NCBI GenBank assembly: GCA_043757445.1
Contig: JAYVPJ010000079.1
Span: forward strand, 74,301-138,300
DNA from: Pirellula sp.
Lineage (GTDB): Bacteria > Planctomycetota > Planctomycetia > Pirellulales > Pirellulaceae
DNA length: 64,000 nucleotides
Reading direction: 5' to 3'
Shown here piece after piece: positions 36,201-44,959 of this stretch. The position numbers were made by a program, and so were the translations under genes. Position 1 is the stretch's first letter; the number at the start of each line of letters is the position of its first letter. The notes under the pieces were generated by a model, which saw only the letters and a program-made list of their open reading frames with translations, had not been told where the DNA came from and did no database searches.

Positions 36201-36635
36201 GCTTACGCCGCATTGGAAAACTTAAGAGGCAAAGCAGACAATGGCAAGGCGGTATTCGGCCGTGTCTGCGCCAACTGCCACCAAATCGACGGCAAGGGTT
36301 ATGCGTTTGGGCCGGAATTGACCAAAGTTGCCACGCGAATGAATCGCCACGACTTGATCGAATCGATCGTTGAGCCCAGCCTGAAGATGGATCCAAAGTA
36401 TTTGACTGAGATCATTCGAACAACGGACGATGAAATCATTACTGGCTTCGTTTCAGCTGAGACGAAAACCGAGTTGACACTTGCGTTGCCCGAAGGCAAG
36501 ACCCGAACGCTCAAGATTGCGGACATCGAGGAACGCAAGGTTGCTAAGCAGAGCAGCATGCCCGAGAACCTCGGCGCAACCGTAGCCCCAACAGAATTCT
36601 TGGACTTAATCGAGTACATGACAACGCTCAAATAA
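33288..36635 (+). CDS. PVC-type heme-binding CxxCH protein (SGNH-like N-domain, membrane-bound-dehydrogenase beta-propeller domain, HEAT repeats, C-terminal cytochrome c)
   Basis: Signal peptide. FRPADPQIGPDGALWFGDW is a dehydrogenase-domain hallmark. HEAT-like AHPRVRAEAARAL. Single CANCH heme site near the C-terminus followed by a ...SMP Met ligand region. Confidence 0.8.
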   Translation: MQKILPPLPVCYRCLICSAISTLACLGFGNTLPAQDKDVPGREILKTPPRPKRPDIKSAKLPLAFFEGERIALVGNSTAEKMNLYGHFETRLHLRFPEKKLVVRNFGRPADEVGSRQRPGNYDLLDDPLYSFSPDTVLCFFGFNESYAGPEGVDGFKRGYLSFLQQFSERYTRDESGSKVRFVLVTPAAFENTNDPLLPDAEAINRNLLLYADAVQQVGKGTNCGVVDLFKGTKQRYDAQPKCQFTLAGFAFNEQGDAVIGELLDEGLFGKKTNSTAKDLFAKVKAAVVDKSWVHSQDYRMLNGWYVYGGRRTWDHETFPNEYLKIRQMAALRDAFIWDLAAGKTPAPVDDEKTNPVVVPATRFGVPIQKYSEPAELKYLSPSEFIAATDVADGLEIKLFADESKFPELAKPVQLNFDNKGRLWVSCMPTYPQWRPGDKKPNDRLLIFEDTDGDGTADKCKTFYDKLHCPTGFEFYNGGVLVTDQPRLIWLKDTDGDDKADQVVEIMDGWGTDDTHHTIGAFEFSHGGLMHMLEGVAMSTTLETPWGPKRWSGAAGSFVFDPKTFEIKRFTTPGYGNPWCMTFDPWGQGIVGDGTNAQQHWATALSGNQIGPRRGLDAIFDNQGMRPALGNEFIFSKHFPDSFQGQFTYACVINMNGMPRFRIRDDGAGFAGERIMKDDGKPNDLISSKDKNFRPADPQIGPDGALWFGDWCNALIGHMQYSQRDPSRDHVRGRVYRLVAKDRSLVKPMTQFGKSEIELLEQLRVYEPRTRYRIRRELEGRPTEKVAAAVKDWVSKIPAKDPERERLLTEALWIQQTHHIVDNGLIASVLASSDPRSRAAAIHTVSDLMRWIPNASEIFVKASTDAHPRVRAEAARALSFIPSEASVDALINLAATEQDKWLQYIEEHTIGALQQTWEPLYKSGALAGKNPAGLAAIEKYLSTSGPGIAAERQIKILLAAPEVRQQVARNNAYAALENLRGKADNGKAVFGRVCANCHQIDGKGYAFGPELTKVATRMNRHDLIESIVEPSLKMDPKYLTEIIRTTDDEIITGFVSAETKTELTLALPEGKTRTLKIADIEERKVAKQSSMPENLGATVAPTEFLDLIEYMTTLK

Positions 36636-36696
36636 CAGCCACGCCGGACCTACGTGTTCCGACGATCATGTCCGAAAGCGGCGAGTATTCGTTGCG

Positions 36697-37788
36697 TTGG
36701 GAGCGTATGATAACTGCATGTTTCAACAATACATGCCATCGCCATCCATTTGTGACCGCGCTCGCGCGGCCAAAGACGCGCGCTTTGACGGGCTATTCTT
36801 CACGGCGGTTCGAAGTACTGGCATCTATTGCAGACCAGTCTGTCCAGCACCAACACCAAAGAGAAGTAACGTCACGTACTATCCCACCGCTGCTGCAGCC
36901 ATCGCAGCCGGCTTTCGACCGTGTTTGCGTTGTCGCCCTCCGCTGGACTTTCCGTTGATGCTTGCGTTTTTTGCCAGGCGAATCATTCCATGCATCGAGC
37001 GAGTCAACGTCGATAGTTATGAGCGAGTTATGGGCCCAGCCTCTGCGTCAACCTGGATTCGCGTTTCGGCCAACCAACAAAAACCCGAACTCATTCTGGA
37101 AATATCCGATACCGACCCACGCACTATTCCTGGCATCGTACGTCGAGTTCGCCGACTGTTTGACTTGGATGCCGACCTAGCGGCGGTGCATGAGATATTG
37201 AATCAGGAACCGATATTAGCCAAAGCGATTTCCAAGCGACCCGGATTGCGCGTGCCGGGTGGTTGGGACGGGTTTGAAGTTGCAGTCCGTGCTGTGCTCG
37301 GTCAACAAATAAGTGTGTCAGGAGCGACGACTCTGGCGCATCGACTTGTTAACACTTATGGTGAACCACGCACCAGCAGCCTTCCTGATCTAGATCGAGT
37401 TTTTCCGTCACCCGAAAGATTGGTTGATGCGCCCTTGGAGAAAGTTGGACTAACCAAGGCCCGTGCGGCCACGCTTCGGTCATTGGCCGTAGCTTGTATA
37501 GAGAAACGGATTGGATTTCAAGCAGGCCAAAAGCTCGGTGAGTTCGTCGACGGCTTTACCGCCCTACCTGGCATTGGTCCATGGACCGCACAGTACGTTG
37601 CCATGAGAGCTCTGAGTCACCCCGATGCGTTTCCCGCTGGAGACCTGGTTCTGCAACAGGTGCTTGGGCTGAGTAATCGTTTGAGTCTTCGGAAAACGGA
37701 AGCGCGGTCACAGTCTTGGCGGCCGTGGCGTGCCTACGCAGTCCTTCATCTTTGGCACTTATCGGTTGAGAAGACCCAAGGAGAGTAG
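36697..37788 (+). CDS. alkA: Ada-type Zn-finger fused to DNA-3-methyladenine glycosylase II (AlkA)
   Basis: N-terminus DARFDGLFFTAVRSTGIYCRPVCPA...GFRPCLRCRP is an Ada Zn-binding domain. The C-terminal HhH-GPD region has LPGIGPWTAQYVAMRAL and the catalytic-Asp region AFPAGDLVLQQ. Confidence 0.85.
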   Translation: MGAYDNCMFQQYMPSPSICDRARAAKDARFDGLFFTAVRSTGIYCRPVCPAPTPKRSNVTYYPTAAAAIAAGFRPCLRCRPPLDFPLMLAFFARRIIPCIERVNVDSYERVMGPASASTWIRVSANQQKPELILEISDTDPRTIPGIVRRVRRLFDLDADLAAVHEILNQEPILAKAISKRPGLRVPGGWDGFEVAVRAVLGQQISVSGATTLAHRLVNTYGEPRTSSLPDLDRVFPSPERLVDAPLEKVGLTKARAATLRSLAVACIEKRIGFQAGQKLGEFVDGFTALPGIGPWTAQYVAMRALSHPDAFPAGDLVLQQVLGLSNRLSLRKTEARSQSWRPWRAYAVLHLWHLSVEKTQGE

Positions 37789-37790
37789 TT

Positions 37791-38261
37791 ATGTGGTTTG
37801 ATGAATTTACGACACCGATTGGATTGCTCAAAATTGCAGTCGACTCAATGGGTCTGCGCTATGTCATGTTCGAACAGAACAAGCATCCACCAACCAATCA
37901 ACTTGACTGGCGACGTGATCGCAGCCTGACCCGAGAGGTACGCGAGCAACTTCTTCAATACTTTTCGGGTGAACGCAAAGGTTTCGACCTAAAATTGAGT
38001 TTAGCCGGGACCGACTTTCAGCAACAGACTTGGAATTCACTTGCATGCATTCCGTATGGGACAACTTGGAGCTATGCCGAACTCGCGAAAAAGGTCGGCT
38101 CTCCAAAAGCAGTTCGGGCGGTTGGAGCAGCCAACGGACGAAACCCGATCCCTATCATCTTGCCGTGCCATCGTGTGATAGGTAGCAACGGAGCGCTAAC
38201 CGGTTTTGGCGGCGGCCTGCCGATCAAGAAATGGCTGCTGGAACATGAGACGCTGTGTTAG
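37791..38261 (+). CDS. ogt: methylated-DNA--protein-cysteine methyltransferase
   Basis: Active-site IPCHRVIGSNG, plus YGTTWSYAELA and NGRNPIPIILP. It starts 2 nt after the alkA stop. Confidence 0.9.
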   Translation: MWFDEFTTPIGLLKIAVDSMGLRYVMFEQNKHPPTNQLDWRRDRSLTREVREQLLQYFSGERKGFDLKLSLAGTDFQQQTWNSLACIPYGTTWSYAELAKKVGSPKAVRAVGAANGRNPIPIILPCHRVIGSNGALTGFGGGLPIKKWLLEHETLC

Positions 38262-38267
38262 TGCCCA

Positions 38268-38291
38268 GCACAAGGCACAAGGCACAAGGCA
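38268..38291 (+). repeat. heptamer GCACAAG x3.4
   Basis: Perfect tandem copies beginning 7 nt after the ogt stop. Confidence 0.85.
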
Positions 38292-38385
38292 TGCGGGATT
38301 CCCAAAAATACCGCAGCCTCGTCCTGGGCGGTGCGGCAAATAGCAATCGGTGAAAAATGCGTTGATGCGAGTTTAGTTCCGTGAG
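38292..38385 (+). repeat. interspersed repeat modules shared with 16442-16480 and 12745-12815
   Basis: TGCGGGATTC...AATACCGCAGCCTCGTCCTGGGCG resembles 16442-16480 (TGCGGGATTCGAATACCACAGGCTTGTCCTAGGCG). GTGCGGCAAATAGCAATCGGTGAAAAATGCGTTGATGCGAGTTTAGTTCC resembles 12761-12815. Confidence 0.75.
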
Positions 38386-38659
38386 AGTCCCCAGCGGCCT
38401 CGTGCCGCTTGGTGAACAAGTTTAGTAGGCTAGAAGCGAGACCTACCGATTCGAAAGACCCCCGTGACCTCGCGTCGAATGGCGTTGAATTAAGGAAATT
38501 CTAGGGCACCACTGGCCTTGTGCCAGTGGTCCCATGACTGGTTGGCTAGACACGAACATTGCAACACAATGACCCGTCCTCCACACTGCTTTTGTTCGCT
38601 CAGGACGAACGAAAGCAGGTTGGGGGACGATCGCTTCATTGGCGTCGACGGCTAGCCAA

Positions 38660-38900
38660 GGATCGTTCGATCAATAAATGTCCAAGTGTCGCCTTTTGCT
38701 CCGCAAAAGTAGCGATCTCCACGCAACTTTCGCGGATAGGCTATGATTTTTTGCGATCCAAAGAAAGTACCCATCACGCTCCGCGTGATGTTACCTCAAA
38801 AGCCAAAGGTTTTTGGACTGCGGAAATCACGCGGAGCGTGATTGGTACTATAAATTCACAGCCTAGGAGCGAAAGGCGACACTAATTGATCGAACGATCC
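38660..38900. mobile_element. MITE-like ~240-bp palindromic element with 35-43-nt terminal inverted repeats; no transposase
   Basis: The left end is GGATCGTTCGATCAAT(AAATGTCCA)AGTGTCGCCTTTTGCTCC. The right end is GGAGCGAAAGGCGACACTAATTGATCGAACGATCC. The interior holds inverted mini-palindromes ATCACGCTCCGCGTGAT (38773-38789) and ATCACGCGGAGCGTGAT (38826-38842). Confidence 0.6.
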
Positions 38901-39100
38901 CAATCCGTTTTGCTTCCGTCGAGACAAGCTCGAATGGAGAGATTAAGTCCACGCTATTCGACCTCGCATCACGGGTGAATCAGTTTCTTTAGCTGACGAA
39001 ACTTGCTATCTGCAAAGAGTGCACCGTCCGATACAATAAAAGCCAGGCGACTGGTGTTATTGCTAGTCTCCTGGTGTGAGCTTACGAATCGAACTGATGC

Positions 39101-39997
39101 ATGGTTGCCGTCGAACAGTACCTGAAACCCGAACTCGCCGCGCAGATCAAAAGGCTCGATTTGCGGGCCCAAATGATCGTTCGTGGTTTTCTACAGGGGA
39201 TGCACGCGAGTCCCTACCATGGGTTTTCCGTTGAATTCAGTGAACACCGCCGATACACGCACGGCGACGATCCAAAGGATATCGATTGGCTTGCCTACGC
39301 CAAAACCGATAAGTACTACGTTAAAAAATTCGAGTCCGAAACCAATGTTACCGGCTATATGGTAATGGACCTGAGCCAGTCGATGGGCTACACCTACCGA
39401 CAGCAGTTGACCAAATTCGATTATTGCATCTGCCTAGCGGCTGCGTTGTCCTACCTCATGCTGATGCAGAAAGATCCGATCGGGCTTGTTACTTTCGACA
39501 AGAAGATTCGAGCAAGCATTCCTCCGCGATCGCGACGCGGGCAGTTCTCCGCCATTTTGAGCCAGCTTACCAAACTCAAAACGGCTGGCGAAACCGAGTT
39601 GCGGGCGCCGATCATGCAATTGGCGGCCATGCTGCGTCACCGTTCGCTCGTTATGCTCATGAGCGATTTGCTGGCAGACGTGCAGTCGACGCTTGACTCG
39701 ATTCGCATGTTGCGACACGCGGGACATGACGTGATCGTATTTCACGTGCTTGATGAAGCCGAAGTGACTTTCCCATTCGATGGACTAGTTTCGTTGACCG
39801 ACCCGGAATCAGGCCAATCTCTGAGCGTTAATGCCGACGACATTGGCCAAGAGTACCGAGAGAACATTCGGAAGTTTCGAGAGGAACTCAAACGCGGATT
39901 CAACGAGAGTCGCATCGATTACGTGCCACTCGATACGAGTATGCCATACGACAAAGCGATCACCGAATACTTACTTAGCCGTCGCAATCGCTTTTAG
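39101..39997 (+). CDS. DUF58 domain protein (vWA-like, MoxR-associated family)
   Basis: GMHASPYHGFSVEFSEHRRYTHGDDPKDIDW is the DUF58 hallmark, followed by a vWA-like fold (VMDLSQSM). Confidence 0.85.
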   Translation: MVAVEQYLKPELAAQIKRLDLRAQMIVRGFLQGMHASPYHGFSVEFSEHRRYTHGDDPKDIDWLAYAKTDKYYVKKFESETNVTGYMVMDLSQSMGYTYRQQLTKFDYCICLAAALSYLMLMQKDPIGLVTFDKKIRASIPPRSRRGQFSAILSQLTKLKTAGETELRAPIMQLAAMLRHRSLVMLMSDLLADVQSTLDSIRMLRHAGHDVIVFHVLDEAEVTFPFDGLVSLTDPESGQSLSVNADDIGQEYRENIRKFREELKRGFNESRIDYVPLDTSMPYDKAITEYLLSRRNRF

Positions 39998-40015
39998 TTC
40001 GGAGTACCGCACGAA

Positions 40016-42433
40016 ATGACATTCTTGCATGCTTCGCTATTGATCGGCGGCTTGGCTGCAATCGCACCCATCGTATTGCACATGTTGGGTCGACGGCAAC
40101 CCAAACCCATCATCTTTCCAGCCATTCGATTCGTTCGGCAAACGGCCATTACGGCCCAACGTGGTTGGTCGATCAAACGTTGGCTGCTATTGGCCATGCG
40201 AGTGATAATGGTGATCCTGTTGGCGATCGCACTTTCGTCGCCACGAGTTCATAGCAATTTATTCGCTACCTACGTTTCGGTTGGAGTTCTTGGCATACTC
40301 GCGCTACTGGCAACCGCTATTGCGCTGACTGCGTTTGGTTCGCGACGCGGTTGGCAAACGATTTCCATAGCAGCCGTGATCGCGTTGGTACTATGGGGCG
40401 TCAGTGGTGCTTGGCTCGCAATGGCGATGTCGGGCGGCAAGGGCGTTGCGTTGCCCAGTGCAACCGGACCTATTTCCGTTGCCGTCGTCATCGATACATC
40501 CCCCACCATGGGATACAAATACCACAATGTAACGCGCTTAGAAGCGGCTAAAGAAATGGCCGTATGGCTCATGGACCGCTTGCCAGTTGGCAGTCAAATT
40601 GCCATTGTCAACAATGACTCAGGAGTTCGACTTAACCAGGATCGGATTTCAGCCAATAGGCAACTAGACCGAACCATGGTTGAGGGCAAAGCGACCAACC
40701 TTATCCAACGTATCAGCGCCTCGATCGACGTCCTGAGAAAAAGTGACTTGGAACGTCGTGAGATCTATGTGTTGACCGATTTATCGATGCCTGCCTGGCG
40801 CGACGCCGACACATCGGATCTACCGACAAAACTTGCACTCAATGAAGATGGAAAGGGCATCGAGGGAGAGAACATCCTACTGCAAATTATTGATGTGAGC
40901 GTCCCCGTTGCCGAGATTCGAAACTGGTCCTTAAGCAACTTCAAACTCAGTCAACAATCGACCATACCAGGGGCTCAAGTCACCGTTTCCGCCGACGTAC
41001 AAGCCGCCAAGGGGAGCGGTACTGCGCCCCAACTAACCGTTGAATTGTTTGCGGAAACGGTCGATCGATCGTTTCTAGAACCGACGCCTCAAGATCGGTC
41101 GCGCGTGGTTGATCGTCAATTGGTTGAAGTGGCTGATGGCGGTTCGATTCCAATTCGAATGACTTTAAAGGATTTGGTCGAAGGTACAAACCATGCAGAG
41201 CTGCGACTCTCTTTCCCAGACCCTCTGGAGTGCGACAACATTGTATACTTTACGATCGACGCTCGGACACAAGGACAAACTCTGGTCATCTGCGATGATA
41301 GGACGGACGGGAAGCGCGTTGGCCTTCTCATCGATCCGCAGGATGTAAAAAACTCCGACAAAGAAACGACACCATCAGAGACCATTTACAAACTAGGTTC
41401 TACCTCCGATGTGGAGGCCATGGATCTTACTCGTTTTTCGAGCATCGTACTATACAATCCAGGGAGCATGTCAGCCGACGCAGTCGATCGTTTGGATGCA
41501 TGGGTCGACCAAGGTGGCGGGCTCATGATTGTCTTAGCTTCTAGTTTTGACTCCGCCGAACTATTGATGGATAGTCCCATTGTCAAATTGTTGCCGGGCA
41601 AAGTGAAACGTCTTTCTAGTCGCTCGATCAATGACCGATCGGTCAGCATGGTTCCCGAAGTCAAGACGCATCCAATTTGGATCCCTTTTGAGCGGCCCAT
41701 CGCGGATATTCCATGGAATAAATATGCCGTTTTTCGGTATTGGGAAATAGAGAACTTGGATGATCGCTCCATGGTACTGATGCGATTCACAAGCGGATCG
41801 CCAGCCTTGATCGAGCAAATCCGCAAGCAGGGACGCGTCCTCACCTTTCCCCTTCCCTACCACGAGCCGGCAAAAGGCGATACTCCCGACAAAACATGGA
41901 GTGAGCTCTATGTAGGCGGCGAGTTCCCTGGTTGGTTACTGTTCCGAAGTTCCATCCAATATTTGGCGTCTTGGAATAAGCAACAGCTTAACTACTATGT
42001 AGATGAAACGGTCGTCCTTGAAAACAACGTCAGTCAATTTCCACAGCAGTACAAGTTGTACAGTCCGCAAAATGAAGAAACGCGAGTGGAGGCATCCGAT
42101 GAGTCGTTAGCCTACACTTTTACAAAGGTTCCAGGCCAATACCGACTCAAGGGTATTCGGCCACAAGGACCAGTGGTTCGCGGATTCAGTGTGAACGTGG
42201 ATAGAAACGAGATTTCGCTGGAGCGCGTGCTGCCGACCGTAATAGACAAAGCCATTGGGAAAGATCTCTATCGTATTGCCAAGGACCGCGATGAGGTGCA
42301 GACTTCGCTTGGTGAAGGACGCTATGGTCGAGATCTGTCGCCGTTCTTGCTGATGGTGTTCGTCATGATGATCATGGCCGAGCAGACCATGTCGAGCCGT
42401 TTTTATGCTCAGACGAAACGGGCTGTTGCTTAA
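40016..42433 (+). CDS. BatA-domain (N-terminal double-TM) / vWA membrane protein
   Basis: MTFLHASLLIGGLAAIAPIVLHMLGRRQPKPIIFPAIRFV matches the BatA N-terminal double-transmembrane signature. vWA MIDAS-like VVIDTSPTM. C-terminal TM. Confidence 0.8.
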   Translation: MTFLHASLLIGGLAAIAPIVLHMLGRRQPKPIIFPAIRFVRQTAITAQRGWSIKRWLLLAMRVIMVILLAIALSSPRVHSNLFATYVSVGVLGILALLATAIALTAFGSRRGWQTISIAAVIALVLWGVSGAWLAMAMSGGKGVALPSATGPISVAVVIDTSPTMGYKYHNVTRLEAAKEMAVWLMDRLPVGSQIAIVNNDSGVRLNQDRISANRQLDRTMVEGKATNLIQRISASIDVLRKSDLERREIYVLTDLSMPAWRDADTSDLPTKLALNEDGKGIEGENILLQIIDVSVPVAEIRNWSLSNFKLSQQSTIPGAQVTVSADVQAAKGSGTAPQLTVELFAETVDRSFLEPTPQDRSRVVDRQLVEVADGGSIPIRMTLKDLVEGTNHAELRLSFPDPLECDNIVYFTIDARTQGQTLVICDDRTDGKRVGLLIDPQDVKNSDKETTPSETIYKLGSTSDVEAMDLTRFSSIVLYNPGSMSADAVDRLDAWVDQGGGLMIVLASSFDSAELLMDSPIVKLLPGKVKRLSSRSINDRSVSMVPEVKTHPIWIPFERPIADIPWNKYAVFRYWEIENLDDRSMVLMRFTSGSPALIEQIRKQGRVLTFPLPYHEPAKGDTPDKTWSELYVGGEFPGWLLFRSSIQYLASWNKQQLNYYVDETVVLENNVSQFPQQYKLYSPQNEETRVEASDESLAYTFTKVPGQYRLKGIRPQGPVVRGFSVNVDRNEISLERVLPTVIDKAIGKDLYRIAKDRDEVQTSLGEGRYGRDLSPFLLMVFVMMIMAEQTMSSRFYAQTKRAVA

Positions 42434-44754
42434 TGGACTGGTCGCTCGATCCAATCTTTGGAAGCTATCTCATAGTCGTTGTAGCGGCGATTGGCTTAAG
42501 CATTGTCCTGTACTTTGTTCGAGAATCCGGACGGATATCGCGCCGGCAATCGATGGTTTTGTGGTTGCTGCGTTTGATGATGTGCCTCTTTATTTTGTTG
42601 CTTCTGCTCCGGCCCGGCATTACTTTCACTAGGCAAACCACGCCGCGTGGAACCGTGGCCGTAATGATGGACGTCTCGGCAAGTATGCAGTTGCCATCGG
42701 GTGACGGCAAAGCGACGCGGTGGGAATTGCAGAAAGAGATCTGGGAGTCTCTATGGAACGCGCGCGCATCGTTCGGCAAAGATGCTAGCCTTGTTCCGTT
42801 TCTATACGACTCGACTCTGATGCGATTGGGCGATGGCAAAGATGAGTCGCGGGGTGTGCTTGCCGCCCAACTGCCTGAACGGCCTGAGGGTTTCTCGACC
42901 GATATCGGTGGCCCCTTAAACCAATTGTTGTCCTCGCCGCTCGACTCACCGTTGTCAGCGGTGATTTGGATGGGGGATGGCGCTCAGACAAAGGCTCCGT
43001 CTGGCGGCGACCCACAGCAGACCGCTAGGCGACTTGCCCAGATCGACGTGCCCTTGTTCGTGATCGGTATTGGCCCTCGAAGCGACAGTGAGAACTCGCA
43101 AGACATTTCCGTCGAGGAAGTGCCGGAGCAATTGGATGTATATACCAAGAATCAGCTCAACGTGCGTGGAATGTTGCGGTGCCGAGGTGTCGCAAACAAA
43201 GAGCTGTTGGTGAAATTGATCTTGATGCAACCTGGCAAGGCGCCTCGCGAATTATCAGTCGATCGCGTGCGACCCACCAAATCCGATCAAGCCTTGCCTT
43301 TCTTATTGCCAATGGTAGTAGAGCTGGAACCTGGCGCTTACGAGTTAGCTGTGAAGGCCGACCCGGTTGAGCGAGAAGCGGTGCGGGAGAACAACGAGTC
43401 AACTGTCTTCTTGAATGTACGCGGTGGTGGTGCCCGAATCCTCTACATCGAGGGTGAACCACGACTTGAGCGAAACTTCATCGTGCACGCGATGTCCGAA
43501 AGCAAGGATATGCAAATGGATTCACAGCTTATCTACAAACCACCAAAGCAACCCTGGCCCGTTGACTTGTCGAAGAAGTTGTCTGACGGAGTATACGATT
43601 GCTTTGTGCTAGGCGATCTCGACTACAAAGCGATCGATGTCGCCGGGGCAAAATCCATCGCGGACCAAGTCAAGAAAGGTGCGGGCTTGGTAACTCTCGG
43701 TGGTTTTTCGGCGTACGGAGCAGGTGGTTGGAATGAATCGCCCTTGAAGGATATCCTTCCGATCGACATGTCTGGCCAGCGCCGCCAAGGAACCAAAAGC
43801 GACAGTCCGATCGAACTGCAAAATCATATACAAGGTCCAATTCAAGTCGTTCCAATTGGGATAAATGAAATTCTTCAAATGGATACGCCCGATAAAAACA
43901 AGGCGACCTGGGAACAACTCAAACCACTACCCGCCGCCAATCGCTGGGCCGGTGTCAGGCGATCGCCTGGTACCCTCCTCCTGGCTGAGAGCCAACGGAA
44001 AGAACCTCTCATTGTTAGTGGCTTGGCAGACCAAGGGAGAGTCGTTTCCATTGCCTTCGATACAACGTACCTTTGGACTCGCCAAGGCAAGTCGAACGAG
44101 CATAAAGCATTTTGGCGTAAGATCATCTATTGGTGTTTGCGTCGGGAAGCAGCCGCAGAAGGAATGCAAATGAGCATGCCGCAGCGCAGGCTGTTGCTTC
44201 AACAGGAGAGCGAGATGAAACTGGAATGGAATGGAGGCTCGACAATGGCAGAGATTCCTAAAAATATCCAGTTGAATTTATGGAAGTTGGCCGATCGAAA
44301 TTCTCCTGCCGGTGAATCGGACAAGGACTTGGGTGAATCGCAAATGCAGCGCCGCGACGGCCAATCAATGCGAGCGCAGTTTAAAGGGGCCAAACAAGGG
44401 GGGCGTTACGAATGGAGAGCAAAAGTGGTTGGTTCCAAAGGGCAGTTGCTGGAAGCAAAATTACCTTTTGTAGTCATCGATCAATCTGCTGAATCCATGC
44501 AACCCATGCCTGATTGGCAATTGCTTGGTCAAATGGCCAAACTCAATGCTTCGGCGGGTGGGACTCTAGTCGCACCAGAACAATCCGATGAAATCGTTCG
44601 CCAAATCTTGGAACGAAGAAAGCAATCGACGCAAACGGCTATTGAGAATAGACGACTTGGCGATGGCGCCCTCGACACTTGGTCGGCCTTTCTCTTGCTG
44701 TCATTGGTCATGATTTGCCAATGGTCGCTTCGAAAGAAATGGAATCTACCGTAG
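42433..44754 (+). CDS. membrane protein with vWA-like and class-I glutamine-amidotransferase-like (DUF1355-type) domains
   Basis: TAATG start/stop overlap with the BatA gene. Two N-terminal TMs, VAVMMDVSASM, then ARILYIEGEPR...CFVLGDL...GAGLVTLGG. C-terminal TM anchor. Confidence 0.6.
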   Translation: MDWSLDPIFGSYLIVVVAAIGLSIVLYFVRESGRISRRQSMVLWLLRLMMCLFILLLLLRPGITFTRQTTPRGTVAVMMDVSASMQLPSGDGKATRWELQKEIWESLWNARASFGKDASLVPFLYDSTLMRLGDGKDESRGVLAAQLPERPEGFSTDIGGPLNQLLSSPLDSPLSAVIWMGDGAQTKAPSGGDPQQTARRLAQIDVPLFVIGIGPRSDSENSQDISVEEVPEQLDVYTKNQLNVRGMLRCRGVANKELLVKLILMQPGKAPRELSVDRVRPTKSDQALPFLLPMVVELEPGAYELAVKADPVEREAVRENNESTVFLNVRGGGARILYIEGEPRLERNFIVHAMSESKDMQMDSQLIYKPPKQPWPVDLSKKLSDGVYDCFVLGDLDYKAIDVAGAKSIADQVKKGAGLVTLGGFSAYGAGGWNESPLKDILPIDMSGQRRQGTKSDSPIELQNHIQGPIQVVPIGINEILQMDTPDKNKATWEQLKPLPAANRWAGVRRSPGTLLLAESQRKEPLIVSGLADQGRVVSIAFDTTYLWTRQGKSNEHKAFWRKIIYWCLRREAAAEGMQMSMPQRRLLLQQESEMKLEWNGGSTMAEIPKNIQLNLWKLADRNSPAGESDKDLGESQMQRRDGQSMRAQFKGAKQGGRYEWRAKVVGSKGQLLEAKLPFVVIDQSAESMQPMPDWQLLGQMAKLNASAGGTLVAPEQSDEIVRQILERRKQSTQTAIENRRLGDGALDTWSAFLLLSLVMICQWSLRKKWNLP

Positions 44755-44959
44755 GAAAAGGCTTGGGTAGACATATCTGAGGTACGAAGGGCGTGAGAAT
44801 AGCCAGAGATCTTTGCCACAATTCACACGCCCATAGCTCGTCGAGGTTCTAACCGATCCATTCAGCGAGACTAGCCACCATCGATTGTCGCAAGTGAAGT
44901 TGGATGGGATGCTGGTATTGCACTAGGAATCCCATACCCTATCCATGTTCGCTTTAGTA

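Noticed and set aside
38559-39172. ORFs 38559-38885 (+) and 38969-39172 (-) in the ogt/DUF58 spacer
   Set aside because: The first is a read-through of the MITE-like palindrome. The second overlaps the DUF58 start in antisense. Both have low-complexity, motif-free translations.
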